DNA of 63,664 nt, counting the filler, from Diploschistes diacapsis (lineage: Eukaryota), in the NCBI GenBank assembly GCA_023645945.1. It is 18 parts of 18 records of this genome, joined end to end, with 100 filler letters (N's around TTAATTAATTAA, not from the genome) between each part and the next. Parts side by side here need not be neighbours in the genome. Positions count along the whole stretch, not along the records: positions 1 to 20,611 come from JALAIB010000336.1; 17 more parts are not named here. One strand, 5' to 3'. The position numbers and the translations under genes were made by a program. The notes below the pieces were generated by a model. The model did not search any database, was not told where the DNA came from, and was given only the letters and a program-made list of their open reading frames with translations. This document shows positions 1 through 11,266 of the stretch, in pieces; the first letter of the stretch is position 1, and each line of letters starts with the position of its first letter.

Positions 1-108
1 CTGTAGGCGCGTGTTTCAGAGAGGGAAGGGGGGAGAGTGGTCGTGTTTTTTTGGGAGGGAGAACGATATGGGGCAGGGTCTACGAAGGGGAGAGGGTTCA
101 AGACGTAC

Positions 109-192
109 GCAGCAGATGGCGGGGACGGCGTAGCCGCCTGCTGCCGCGGCGTCGAGGATGGCTTTTGCGCGGTTGTTTTTTAGGGTGCTCAT
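109..192 (-). CDS. Exon 1 of a class II ketose/fructose-bisphosphate aldolase; the gene continues beyond the window start (intron 1-108)
   Basis: ATG at 192 gives MSTLKNNRAKAILDAAAAGGYAVPAICC, resembling the class II aldolase N-terminus (A..xgYAVpA.n). GTACGT donor at 108, CTACAG acceptor ending at position 1. Confidence 0.75.
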
Positions 193-616
193 CTTGGAGT
201 GACTGTTAGGCTTGGAGCTTCTGTGATATAAATAAACAATAGGAAGGTTATTGTGATTATTGCATGTGAGCCTTGACTTGAACATTCAACAGCGGGGCAT
301 TGCAAGAATGTGCCAGACGTCATGGGTGGGGGGTGTTGATTTGCTTACATTGATCGAGACATCAGAAACTCATGGCACGACTGGGATTTGGGATGTTATG
401 TGCCAGAGATTCCGTTTGATGGTATTGGATGCCAGATATGGGTCTTACTCATGCAAGTTTGATGCGCGATGGCGCCAAAGTAGGTTTATAACCCTTCCGT
501 AATCGCGCAGGAGAGAGTGCTATTTCTCAAATTCCGCTCTCCCTAACATGCAAACCACGGATCGTGGGAATGTTTGCATGTGAAAACCCGGTAGATAAGC
601 TGACAGCGCCTACCTT

Positions 617-3600
617 TCATATGCCTAGCTGCGTATCAGTCACAAAGTGCGATCCTCCCGCACATCGGTAACCTCCCGCTTGCTTGATCCAGCGGAATCC
701 CACCGGACACACACCAAGGTCCTGAAGCTTGCGCTGAACCTGTGCCTCTTCTTTGCGTTTTCGATCCAGTTCTTTCTGCGCTCTTTTTCGCCGCTCTTCT
801 GCCTCTTGTCTCGCAGCTAGCGCATTGAGATATGCAAGGCGGGCTTGCTCGCGGGCTCTCCTTGCTTCGTTCTCTTTCTCCTCATCTTTCTTCTGAGCCG
901 CTAGCTTTTCTTTCAAGATAGCGTCCTCCTTTAGCTGACGAAGATGACTTTCTTTTTGTTCAGCTTCTTTGTATGCTTGATCGGCGTTGGCAATTCTCTG
1001 GGCCCTCCGTTCATCTTCGCGCCGCTCAGCTTCTTTATCCTTCTGAAGTTGGCACCATATCTCGTTCGATACACCATGATCTCTTTCATCTTCCTGCAGG
1101 TTCATTGTAGTCGCAGTGCTGTCCTCTTGTTCAGGGGCAGGATTCATACTAGGTGAATCTTTCGACGTCTGGTTACCTACAGTATTAGCTGCCTTCGTCG
1201 ATGTCGACATTCTTTGTTGCCGTTGTGGACATGTTTGAAGATCTGTAGCTGCGGGAAGCTTAGATCGTACTGGCATTTGCTGCAAAGCAACGCCACCTTC
1301 GCGTGCCGCCTTCTGTTTCAAAACATTCTGCAAGAACTCCGCAACCTCTCGATCTGTGATAGAAAACTTCTCGTCCGAAGGGCTTGCATCACGGAACGCC
1401 TTTGATATGATGTCGTTCGAGATCGTGTTGATATCTCTCCCGTTACCCCACGATCGGAGCTGGGCCAAGTCTTGGAAGACGTCGATGATCTCCGAATGAA
1501 CATCAGAGTCACCAGTAGTCAATACTTCCACACCCGACTTTTCGAGAGTCTTCCGCAGAAGGTTCAGGGCGTGCTCTGGTCTCATGTTCTGGAACACGAC
1601 CTCTTCGGGGAACCGACTTGCCAGACCCTGGTTTACTTGCAGCAGGTCGTTCATCGCGTCGGTATATCCAGCAAGAATGACCAGAATCTTGCCTGAGAAC
1701 TTCGGCTTGGTCAGATTGTCCACCAGCTCATTAACAGCTTCCGTTGCGAAGTTCCCTTCGCCAAGGCGATAGGCTTCGTCGATGAAGAGGACTTTCCCCA
1801 AAGCCTTCTCTAGTTGGCCTGTGGTCTTTGGCCCTGTTTGCCCCACGTACTGACCAATTAGGTCGGTCGCAGAACATTCACAAACTTCGCTTGAGGCAAG
1901 AAAGCCCATGTCAAAGTAGATTTGACCCATCTTGCGAGCTGTAGTTGTCTTCCCCGTACCTACAGTTAATTATCAGCATGAGAAGTACTAAAAATGTCAT
2001 GAAGCCCTACCCGGAGGCCCCTTGAAGACAAAGTTCAGAGGTATGACAGTCGATGGATCCATTCCTCTCGCCCGCATATTCGACACAGTTTTGGTGTAGC
2101 CTTCAAGTTTCTGGACGATGTCTTCGCACCCAACCACGTCTTCGAACAGTTTGCGACAACTAACGCCAGCTGTCTCAGAGCGTTTGTACTCTTTATCAAA
2201 ATCCCCTGGCTCAAAGACCATATCCATTGGCCGTTCAGCTAGTGAAACGCGCTTGTACCTAGTTTCGTAGTTGTCTTTTGCACGAGTAAGCAAATTCTCC
2301 ACCTCGCCTCCATTGCCGAAATTCATCCGTCGACGTGCCTTGCTCAGTACTTCCAACGCAACCTTCTTTGCTTCGTCCGTCGCATCTAGATCTTGCTTCT
2401 TCAGCTTTAGCTCTAGGATCTGACGAAGTTCGTCATCGGTGAAATCCTGAAATTGAAAAGCGTCGCTCAAAGGGAAACGGCGCGCTAGTCCAGGATTGGT
2501 GTTTTTGAACATCTCCTCGAGTTTGTCGCGGTACCCCAGCAATAGAACGCAGCGGTCCTCCCCGGGAGTGCTCTGAACTTCTGCAACGATGGTGTCTACC
2601 ACTGCAGTCTTGTATGGATCCGTACTGCTTTTTCCGGCAGCATCGGAAGTGTAGAGCATATACGCTTCGTCGATAATGAGAACTTTGCCTTTTGTAGACT
2701 CCAAAATAGCTCGAGTATTCTTCTCGCTCCCTCCAATGACACTGTCAACGAAATCGGAAGGGTTTTTGATGATGACTACAAGATATCAGCAATCCGGAAA
2801 GAATCAAGAGACTTCAACTTTCGAAGGGCCCAACCGAGTCTTAGACGGGCACCTAGACACGGCCGATTACGAACGTTGATTCAAGAGTTGTACTCACCTT
2901 CGCCATTCGAAAGGACGCCGATATCCTTCAAGACCTGTCCATAGAGCTTGCCAACGCTCGTCTTGCCCGTACCTGGTGACCCAAGGAATACACGGTTAAG
3001 GCTAACATTAAGGACTTCTTTCTGTTGCAATTCTCGGCGGTAATTGAGTTGGATGCGCGTGATCATGTTCTGGACGGATTCTTTGACCATCTGAAGGCCA
3101 ATCAGGCCCTGTAGCTCTTTCCAAGCGTTGCTTCCGGCCAAGGCATTGACCGGCTCGGGGCCTATAAGATCTTCTTTACTAAGTAAGAAGTCATCAGGTT
3201 TCATCCCTGCTGCACGCTCTTTCTGAATGCGATCTGCTTGTCGTCCTGCTACCTGGGCTATCACATTTTCAAGCGCTCTGGCATTGCCAAAACCTTCCTG
3301 TCCACGCCCCCTTCCAAGTCTCTTGACTAAAATTCGAGCATACAGACCAGAGATACCATCCTGCAGCTGCATTTGGTTTTGATATCTCTTTTTGATCTTG
3401 TGTTCAAACATCGAGAGCAGCTCCCCGTCAGTATAATCGTTGAACTGCAGAGAATAGGGCATGCGACTCGAGAAGCCCTGGTTGTGCTGGAAGAACTTCT
3501 CCATCTGCTTGTTGTAGCCTGCGAGTAGGAAGACAACTTTTCCTGTTAGGTTCTCAATCTCTGCCAATATAAAGTCTAGGACAGCGGAGCCTCCTAGACT

Positions 3601-6600
3601 GTTGCCCGAAGCAAGTTGATAGGCCTCGTCGATAAAGATCGTACCACCACCGTTTTTCAACAAGCTTTCGATGTGCGCTTTCGCCGCATTAACGCCTTCG
3701 TTTGCGAGACGAGAGCCGGTGGTTTCGACGAATGTCGATCCAGGAAGAACGTCAACTGAATTGAGAAATTTAGCGTACAGCCGAGCTACTGTCGTTTTTC
3801 CTGTTCGGCATAGTCAATATAACTCATCCCAGTTTTCTTGGGTACACTCACCTGTTCCTGGATTCCCCAATAAGGTAGTTCCGAATCGTTCCTGTCGAAG
3901 ATTGGTCCCTTGACGTTGAGCTGTTTCGAGCTTGGCCTTGATCTTGAGAAATTGTGCTTTGACTTCTTCTAAGCCAGTCATCGCCATAAGCTCATCTAAT
4001 GCACTGTTTGAGGCATTTTCGGCGCGCTTTTGGCGAGCCCAGTCTTGTTCGGATGGAGATAGATGGCCAGTACTGTTGGAAGTCGGATGAGGTACTGCAG
4101 GTTGCTTCATCGTAGTTTGAGGCGAAGTCGATTGCTGGGACTGCTGCTTTGCGTCTGCATTTGCTGCTGAACTTGGTTTGCCACTTTGCGACTTTGCAGC
4201 TCTCCCTCTCGCTTGATCTAGGTCATGTTGTCTCTGCACCAAGGCGTTGTGCCTCTCTTCCGACAGTTGTCTGTCGAGTTCCATTTCAACGATCTTCCTT
4301 ATCTCATCATTCAATGCTTGCAAACGCGCTTCATGGAGTTCGTTTTCCTTCTCCAGCTTCAACTGGTGCGCGAACTCTCGTTCAACCTTTTGCCGCTTCA
4401 ATCGCTCCTCGTTATCACATTCTTTACAAGTAGATGGTTTAGCTTCGAAGCATCTCCACTTCATCTTGTGTCCCTTAGCACACTGGTCGACTATCACCTG
4501 CAGACATTTCATTTTTGAGTGATCAACGAGCTGGTGACATTTTGATGGACATTTATGCTTTCCACACTGTAACATAGCACCACTGTCTTCATGTCAGAAT
4601 AGCTCATAACTGGCAGGGTCTCATACTTACCATGGCTGATCGCACCCGCCATCTGGACAATGCTTTGTGAAATCATCGGGACTCGCCAAGATAGATTTTC
4701 TCACCGGGTGCCGGTCACATACAACCGGGAAACCTTCGTGGATGTATAGGCCGTCCTTGAGAAGATTGAAGAACTTCAGCCATAATTTCTTTCCTTTGCG
4801 TGCGTTAAGGAATGTATTCGCGTTACCGATCAGAATCATAGCGTTTCTAGCACGTGAAAGCAGAACATTAAGTCTCTCCGGCGAAGACAGGAAACCAATA
4901 TCACCGACTTTGTTACTTCGGGTCAATGTGATAATAACAATATCGCTTTGCTCGCCTTGGTAATTGTCTGTAGAAGGGGGGGGGGTCAGATGAGCTCTGC
5001 TTGAAGATAACGTCTCGAAAGAGAACGAACTTACCAATTGATGAGATTCTCAGCTGGCGTTTTAGAAGTCTGGCCGATGCAGACGGCATTAGCCCAGCTT
5101 TAACCAAGTCATGGGAGTCCATATCATTCAAGATTGGGTCATTCTCTTGGCTCAGTACGTCGAAGAGATGGCGTAGCTGCGCAACATAAGGGGTGAGAAC
5201 TACGATGTTCTCGCTATTGTAGCCTTGCTGCGCAAGATATCTTACACAAGCGAGTGTCATGCGCGCTTCGAAATCGTTTCGCTTTGACAGACCTGTCTGA
5301 CCATCTCGTGGGTCTGGAATGTCACCGAGAGAGTCCTCGGGTTGATCGTGATTCACAAAGACAAGGTTCGACTGGAAACCTCGCAGGCCAGGGCGGTTCA
5401 ATGTCTCGGTCGCATCCGTCAGTGTTGGATATGTCAATTCCCGCACTAAAGCGGAAATCTCAGGTCGCATCCTATGCTGCTCAGAAAGGGTCTGATGGGG
5501 ATAGCCTTTACGGATAAGGCGTTCGAACATTGAGACGTCCGCATCGTACCCCAAGCCCTTGGCCACAGAGAGATCGTAATGCACCTTGGGGCGGAGTTGT
5601 TTGTGGTCGCCAATTAAGATAAGCTGCTCTGTGTCTGGGCCCAGCGCCGTCAATACGTGACTCTCGTGAATCTCACCCGCCTCTTCGACGAGTACAATTT
5701 CCGGAGCCGCGGCTTGTATGTCCTGCACGTATTTTGCTGCTGCGGTTGTAGTACAGCCTATAATTCTCTTTGAACGGATTATTGCGCGATTCTTCTCTCC
5801 AAATAGCATAGTGATCTCCCTAACCTCCTTGTTGAACGACGTACCAAGACTCGAGAAAGTCTCAACACGTTCGTTTAGAACTTCATCCTTCCACCGGGAG
5901 TAGGTTGCCTTGCGATCGTCAATAGACATGCTCCATACGTCTGGGTATTCTTCAGCCACTTCGGGATAGACACCGGCATCATGGCCGCGACACCATCGAT
6001 TGAAGAGGTAAAACTTGTCCACTGTTTTACCTCCCTTACCCACTCGTTTCATTCCATCATCCTCTGTAGGTACGTCAAAAGCATTGAGGAAGTGTGGGTT
6101 CTCTAGATCAAATTCCGAGTGTTCCATGAGATCACCTGGAGTCACCTTTGTAGCATGATATTCCGCGAACTGGTTTGCAAGCCGCTGACCTTTCATCTGT
6201 ACTTCGTCACGCTTTCGGCTAATAACAGACCAATCTAGTTTGTGCGGATTCTTCGTTGCACTCTGATTGTATAACCCGAGAGGTTCGGTCCTTCCGCTGG
6301 CCTTGGCACGAGACCCCAATCGGACGATGTCCGAGGCAGGAATGTTAACATCGAGAAGATCCTCGAGGAATTGCACCAATGCGTGGTTCGTATACGACAA
6401 GACAAGAACTCTTTTGGATGTGAACAAGTACAGGGCCTTTGCAATCAAGGCGCCAATATAAGACTTTCCGGTCCCTGAACTCGTAAGCTCTTGTCCCAGT
6501 AACTGACTACTAACATTGACGAACCAGGTGGTCCTTGTATCAAGCTGACTTGTTGGGTGAGCCCTGCTTTGAAGCAAGCGAGTTGCGATGTATCAAGCGT

Positions 6601-7989
6601 GGTTGGTGCAGACGCTTGCAAAATGCCTTGTAAATCACAAGAGGGATCCGTCTCTAAACCTTGCAAGACTCCTTCTAGAGACGGGTTGAGAGATGAGACT
6701 GGGGTCGCTTCAGTCGAATACATGATCTCATCACCAAGACCGAGCCAACAGATGTTTTGTAGCTGCTTGAGAACCGGCTCGTAAGCAAAGATTGGCGCGT
6801 TGAGCTGTAACAGCTGAATAGTTTCTGCTTTCTTGAGACGGACTAGTGCTTCATGGAGAAACTTGGTAACTGGAAATCGAACGCACAGTATTGGAGGCTC
6901 CTCGGCAAGGTTCACCTCATCGCGGTCGAGGGATACGAGAATGAGCGGTCGACCATCCGTGACGATGCAACAGACAGCTTCATGTCGCAGAAAGTTCCGG
7001 CTCAATTTCTTAACACGCTCTAACCGGTCTTTACCCGGCCCCGGCGGCAGTATATCGAGCGCGGACTGTAGCTTCAGGGACCAGCAATCTTTGTCGTTAT
7101 TCTTGACGCCAACCATGGTGAGGTTGCTGATAACGAGTGATTTTCTCTTCCGCTTGGAAGGCTCCTTGAGTGACTGTAGCTCCTCTTTCAGCTCCCGTAA
7201 CATGTCCTCTCGTAGAAGGCGAAATTGATTGTCAATGTGGGCTTGGAGTCGAGACGGGTGCTTTATGATTTCGATCTCCGTAGCACGACGCAAATATGGC
7301 TCGTTAGGGCATTCGAGCTCGTTAATGGTCGGGAGAATGGAAATCTCAGAGATATCGGCACTATCATTGTCATGGCGGCCACCGGGACCTTCGTCGCTTG
7401 CCGAAACGTTAGGCATTGACCCAGCATCCGCAATAGACTTGATCTTATACAGATTGATCTGTACGCCTCGCCGGGAAGCTTCGTCAAGTCTATCTCGTAC
7501 GGCATCATCGCGTGCAACTGCATAGAATGTCCAGCTTTTGTCCGAAGGTAGAACAAGCAGCTCTTGTAGCAGCCAGCCGAAGCATTGAAGTGCTTCATCC
7601 GACAATTGCTTGGCTTTGACATTGCGAACCAGCGCGTCCCAGAAAATTGGTGGTTCAACAATATAGTTAACAATACCTTGCAGGAACGAGCCAACGTACA
7701 CTGTCTTTAGATCTGGGTTTTGAAGGTAGGTCAGGAACTTGGCGCAGTAACCGCTCAAGAACTCAGCAGAATCGTCAGAGAATAGCGACGTGCGCAATGC
7801 GTTCTGGCCGTTCGTACTGTTCATCAACTTTTGAAGAGTGGCTACCGGGTCAAGCTGTAAACAAATGGCCTCAAGAAAGTGCTTGCCATGCTGGCGATTA
7901 ATTGACTGCTTGCCAGACAGAACTCTTGTGAAGATGCCGTTGAGATTTGCGGCTCGAGCATCTTTTGGCCTCGATGGAACAAGTACCAT
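617..7989 (-). CDS. ZNFX1/Upf1-like SF1 RNA helicase with a short NFX1-like Cys/His region fused to three CbbX/SpoVK-type AAA+ ATPase domains; ~2327 aa, 7 exons
   Basis: Exons 7989-6525, 6474-5035, 4967-4631, 4582-3852, 3800-2898, 2775-2011, 1959-617 (all GT-AG, total 6984 nt, in frame). Helicase motifs: QGPPGTGKS, VEEAGE, IGDHKQLRP, SMFERL, QHRMRPEI, IDNYQGE, RLNVLLSRAR. Cys/His stretch CPDGGCDQPCGAMLQCGKHKCPSKCH. Three Walker A/B pairs: GNPGTGKT/FIDEAY, GSPGTGKT/IIDEAY, GPPGTGKT/FIDEAY, each followed by GN(A/G)R-like motifs. C-terminal CPVGFRW..GGYRCAGGSH. Confidence 0.92.
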
Positions 7990-8456
7990 AGCGGCGCCCA
8001 CCTAAGGATTGGCTACTACAATGTTGGAAAACGTGCTATATGTAAACCCAGATTGGGATTAGATGAAGGTTGAAGAGGAAAGGAAGAATTAGTTAGAAGC
8101 GACAAAAGCAATGATCGACCAATGCAGACCGGAAAAGTACCTCAGTGGTAGCGATAAGATAGGGTCTCAAGAAAATGAAAGCCTTGTGCCATTAAAGAGG
8201 GGGTTCTGAAGAGCAAAGTGACTGTATCAACAATCCACAAAACGATTGGCCGTATCACTTGCCATTTTGCAGCCCGTGTCGCGCAAGGCTGCAGATACTG
8301 ACAACTCAGACAGCGAAAACTGCATCAAAGCGGAAACAAGGAGGCTCTTTATTCACTAGATATAATACGCTTGGTCGCCTCTCGCAGTTCATATATTCTC
8401 GTAGAAATTGGTCCTGAGAGTAAGCTCTGAATCAGACTACCATCATTCCGAACGAA
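7990..8456. promoter_or_regulatory. Probable bidirectional promoter (467 bp) between the helicase-AAA gene and the nuclease-like gene
   Basis: Two start codons (7989 on -, 8457 on +) diverge across 467 bp; TATA-like ATATAATA near 8361. Promoter function is inferred from geometry only. Confidence 0.55.
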
Positions 8457-10070
8457 ATGTTTCCATCTTTTCGAGGAGGAGGAAGAGGCCGTGGACGTCC
8501 AAGAGGAGCCCACCAGCTAGGTCATAATCATTGGAGAAACTCCGAGCCCAATCTAGAGCCCTCTGGCACACTGATCGCGACTATCAGGTTGTCTGAGTTG
8601 CAAAAAGAAGTATCCGGAGAAGATACTGCTTCGCATTCCGACGACCCAAGGATCAGCAATGCAGAATACATAACCTCGTACAACTGGGTAGGCAATGAAG
8701 CCGGTAGCATCATCGTTCCAGGTAAGTTATAAGAACAACAACGTTTTCGAAGTGAGCAGGAGTCGTACAAAAATCTGGAGCTTGAAGATGAAGAAGAAGA
8801 AGAAGAAGAAAAAACTGCCAGCGACGCTCGAAACCGTACCGTGTCTAGCCGCTAACCTCATTCGGCCATCCAAGGTGCGCCCCCACGCTGGACCCCCGCG
8901 TCGGCATCGCTCAAGCTCCACCAGGATCCCCCCAGCGGCATCTACTACCGGGACCTCAATGCCGCCCGCTGGCCCTCCTTCCCCACCGAGCCCGCCATCA
9001 GCGCCATTCGTGCCTATAGCGCCAAAAGCTCACTTAGCAACCCCAGCGACACCGCGAAACCCTCCTTCGACCCCTTATCCATCAACGTCTTCGGCTGCGG
9101 CTCAACGCTGGGCAACATCCTCCGCTTCTCCCGCTCTCTCAACAAGGACTTCCACTTCAATGCCGAGCTCATCGGGCGCACGCTCTTCCTCGTGCGCCAT
9201 GAAGCAGGCGGCCCGAAAGCGCTAATACCAGACGTGCGCGGCTACGGTCACACCTTCCCCGAAGCCTGCACGACGTGGGACAAAGAGGTGCGCGGCAGCG
9301 AGTCCCATCAGCGGCTTGTCAGGTATGACTTCGCGGGCCTGAAGCTCCTGGTGCGCTCGGAGACAGACGGGTATTTGAAAAACAAGGTCGAGCCTGGCGC
9401 TGCGAGCGGCATAGGAGCTTCAGCCGTTAATCACCCCGCGGCCGGACTCGTCGAGAGCGGCTCTAGGGCGGGAAGCACTACTATTTCCACCGCGCTTGCG
9501 TCCATCACCGTCGGGCGCGCCTCGCTCTCGTCCAGCCCGTCCACCAGTCTGAAGCTCACGACCTCTTCAAGCACCCCCATCCCCCAGTCTGCCATCTTCG
9601 ACCTCAAAACCCGCTCCTCCCGCACCCCCTTCACGATGGACGAAATCCTACCCCGTCTCTGGCTGAACCGTACGCCCAATTTCATTCTAGCACAGCACTT
9701 TCAGGGTACCTTCACTCGGGAGGATGTTCTCGTTAGCGATGTCAGGCAGCAGGTAGACGAATGGGAGGAAGTGCATGCCGAGGAGCTAAGGGTTTTCAGC
9801 GACGTGTTGAAGAAGTTAGTCAAGGCTGTTGAAGGGTTGCCGGAGGGAAAGAAGAGGGTAGGTGTGTGGAGGGTTGGAAATGGAGATCTGCAGATAAGGG
9901 CGTTAGAAAAGGAGATGAAGCATTGGGCAGCATTACCGAGGGTGCTAAAGGCTTGGTGGACTGGAGATGAAGCCGAGTCAGAAGGGGATATGGAGAAGAA
10001 AGGCGAAGGGTCTAACGTGCTGGATGATGGAGACGGAAGCGAAGAGGATGATGACTTCTTAAAGTTTTAG
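8457..10070 (+). CDS. Conserved fungal protein (~486 aa, 2 exons) of the family often mislabelled 'geranylgeranyl pyrophosphate synthetase'; motifs suggest a DXO/Rai1-like PD-(D/E)XK nuclease
   Basis: Exons 8457-8721 and 8875-10070 (GTAAGT donor, GCTAAC branch, AAG acceptor). Spliced product has SYNW..IIVPGAPPRW, RDLNAARWP..PTEP, CGSTLGNILRF, GYGHTFPE, SHQRLVRYDFAGLKLLVRSETDGY, FDLKTRS, LPRLW. N-terminal RGG/RG stretch. No DDxxD prenyltransferase motifs in a helical core. Confidence 0.8.
8791..8808 (+). repeat. (AAG)6 microsatellite within the intron of the nuclease-like gene
   Basis: aagaagaagaagaagaag seen directly. Confidence 0.85.
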
Positions 10071-11266
10071 GTATAGGATGCAGGCTCACAAGTGTGCAAA
10101 AACTCATGTATTGTTCGGAATTTCCAAGATGTAATAATGTTGAGAAACACTCTGCCACTTACGGCCGCTGATCATAGCATGGTAGATCTCTGAAGGTCGT
10201 CGGATGTATAGGGCAGACAAGTAGAGGAAAATAGGCAGGTTGAAAAGCGAATAAGTGGGTGAGAAGCTGGGAAACAGGTTGAATATATATAGGTGGTCAC
10301 GCAGGTGTATATAATAATTGTTATTATAGATATTCGAATCAGCGTTTTGGAGGTCCAGTGGTTGCTCGAAACGCTGTCTCATAACAAAGCACTAACGCAT
10401 GTCTCTGACTTTGCATCTTGCACTGCTGAGAAGCGTCCATAGATTGAGATGCTATGCCGAATGATCCCCTGAGATGGGTTTTTGAACACGAGACTATTAG
10501 AGATTGCTCAATTGCCCTTGAAGCTCATCTTCCAGGTGTTCCAATTACTATCAAGTCAAATACTACTCTAGCCTGTAGATGCAGCTGCTCCATCAGACTA
10601 CTTCAAATCATATTACACTAAATGGTTTCTGATAAAATAAAAATACTCAAAAGGTCTCCATGGAACTCCAAGGCCTAGAATGTAATGAATTCAAAGCATC
10701 TTCGGAACTTTTTTTATGGGCATACAGCGACAGAAGCGGTGTCTGGCCGTGCAATCAGTATTAAACATCGCTTGCCACCACACCTGATGAGGTAGGTAGT
10801 ATTTAGGGGCAGCAAATTCCCCGTCTAGGCCACCAGCCCCTGGGATCCAGTGCTCGACTTCACCATCACATTGCGGCCGCACACAACCAGAAAAACCCTT
10901 TCAAGTTCAGTAAAACCTCTCAAATTCCACGGCTATCTGAAATAAATCAAATACGCAATGCCCTTCTATTTTCGCTATATACATTACCACCCCCATTCCC
11001 TTCCTTCCATCTTCAATTGAAATCCGAAACCAACAAAGCGTGTAGCAAAAAGAAGTGCAGAGGGGGGTATAAACGGCCAATCAGCGAAACTCAAAACGCT
11101 CTCGTGACAATCTCTTGCAATGACAAAAAAAATCCAGTCTGATATCCGTCCACAAATGCAAGTCAATTGTGCCATCTCTTACCCCTGAGCAGCTAGCTCC
11201 GGCCGTAACAAGGGAAACCTTATCGTTCCCATCCCCATCTCCCAAGCTTTAGTAATCAGCGACTAA

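Noticed and set aside
617..8001. Seven separate genes or a frameshifted pseudogene, as the ORF track suggests
   Set aside because: Six canonical introns join the ORFs into one uninterrupted frame.
8695..9225. 176-aa ORF with poly-Lys
   Set aside because: It runs through an intron microsatellite and an alternative frame of the real exon 2.
8457..10070. Geranylgeranyl pyrophosphate synthase linking contig 1 to secondary metabolism
   Set aside because: No prenyltransferase motifs; the motif order fits a nuclease, and it is on a different contig from the PKS.
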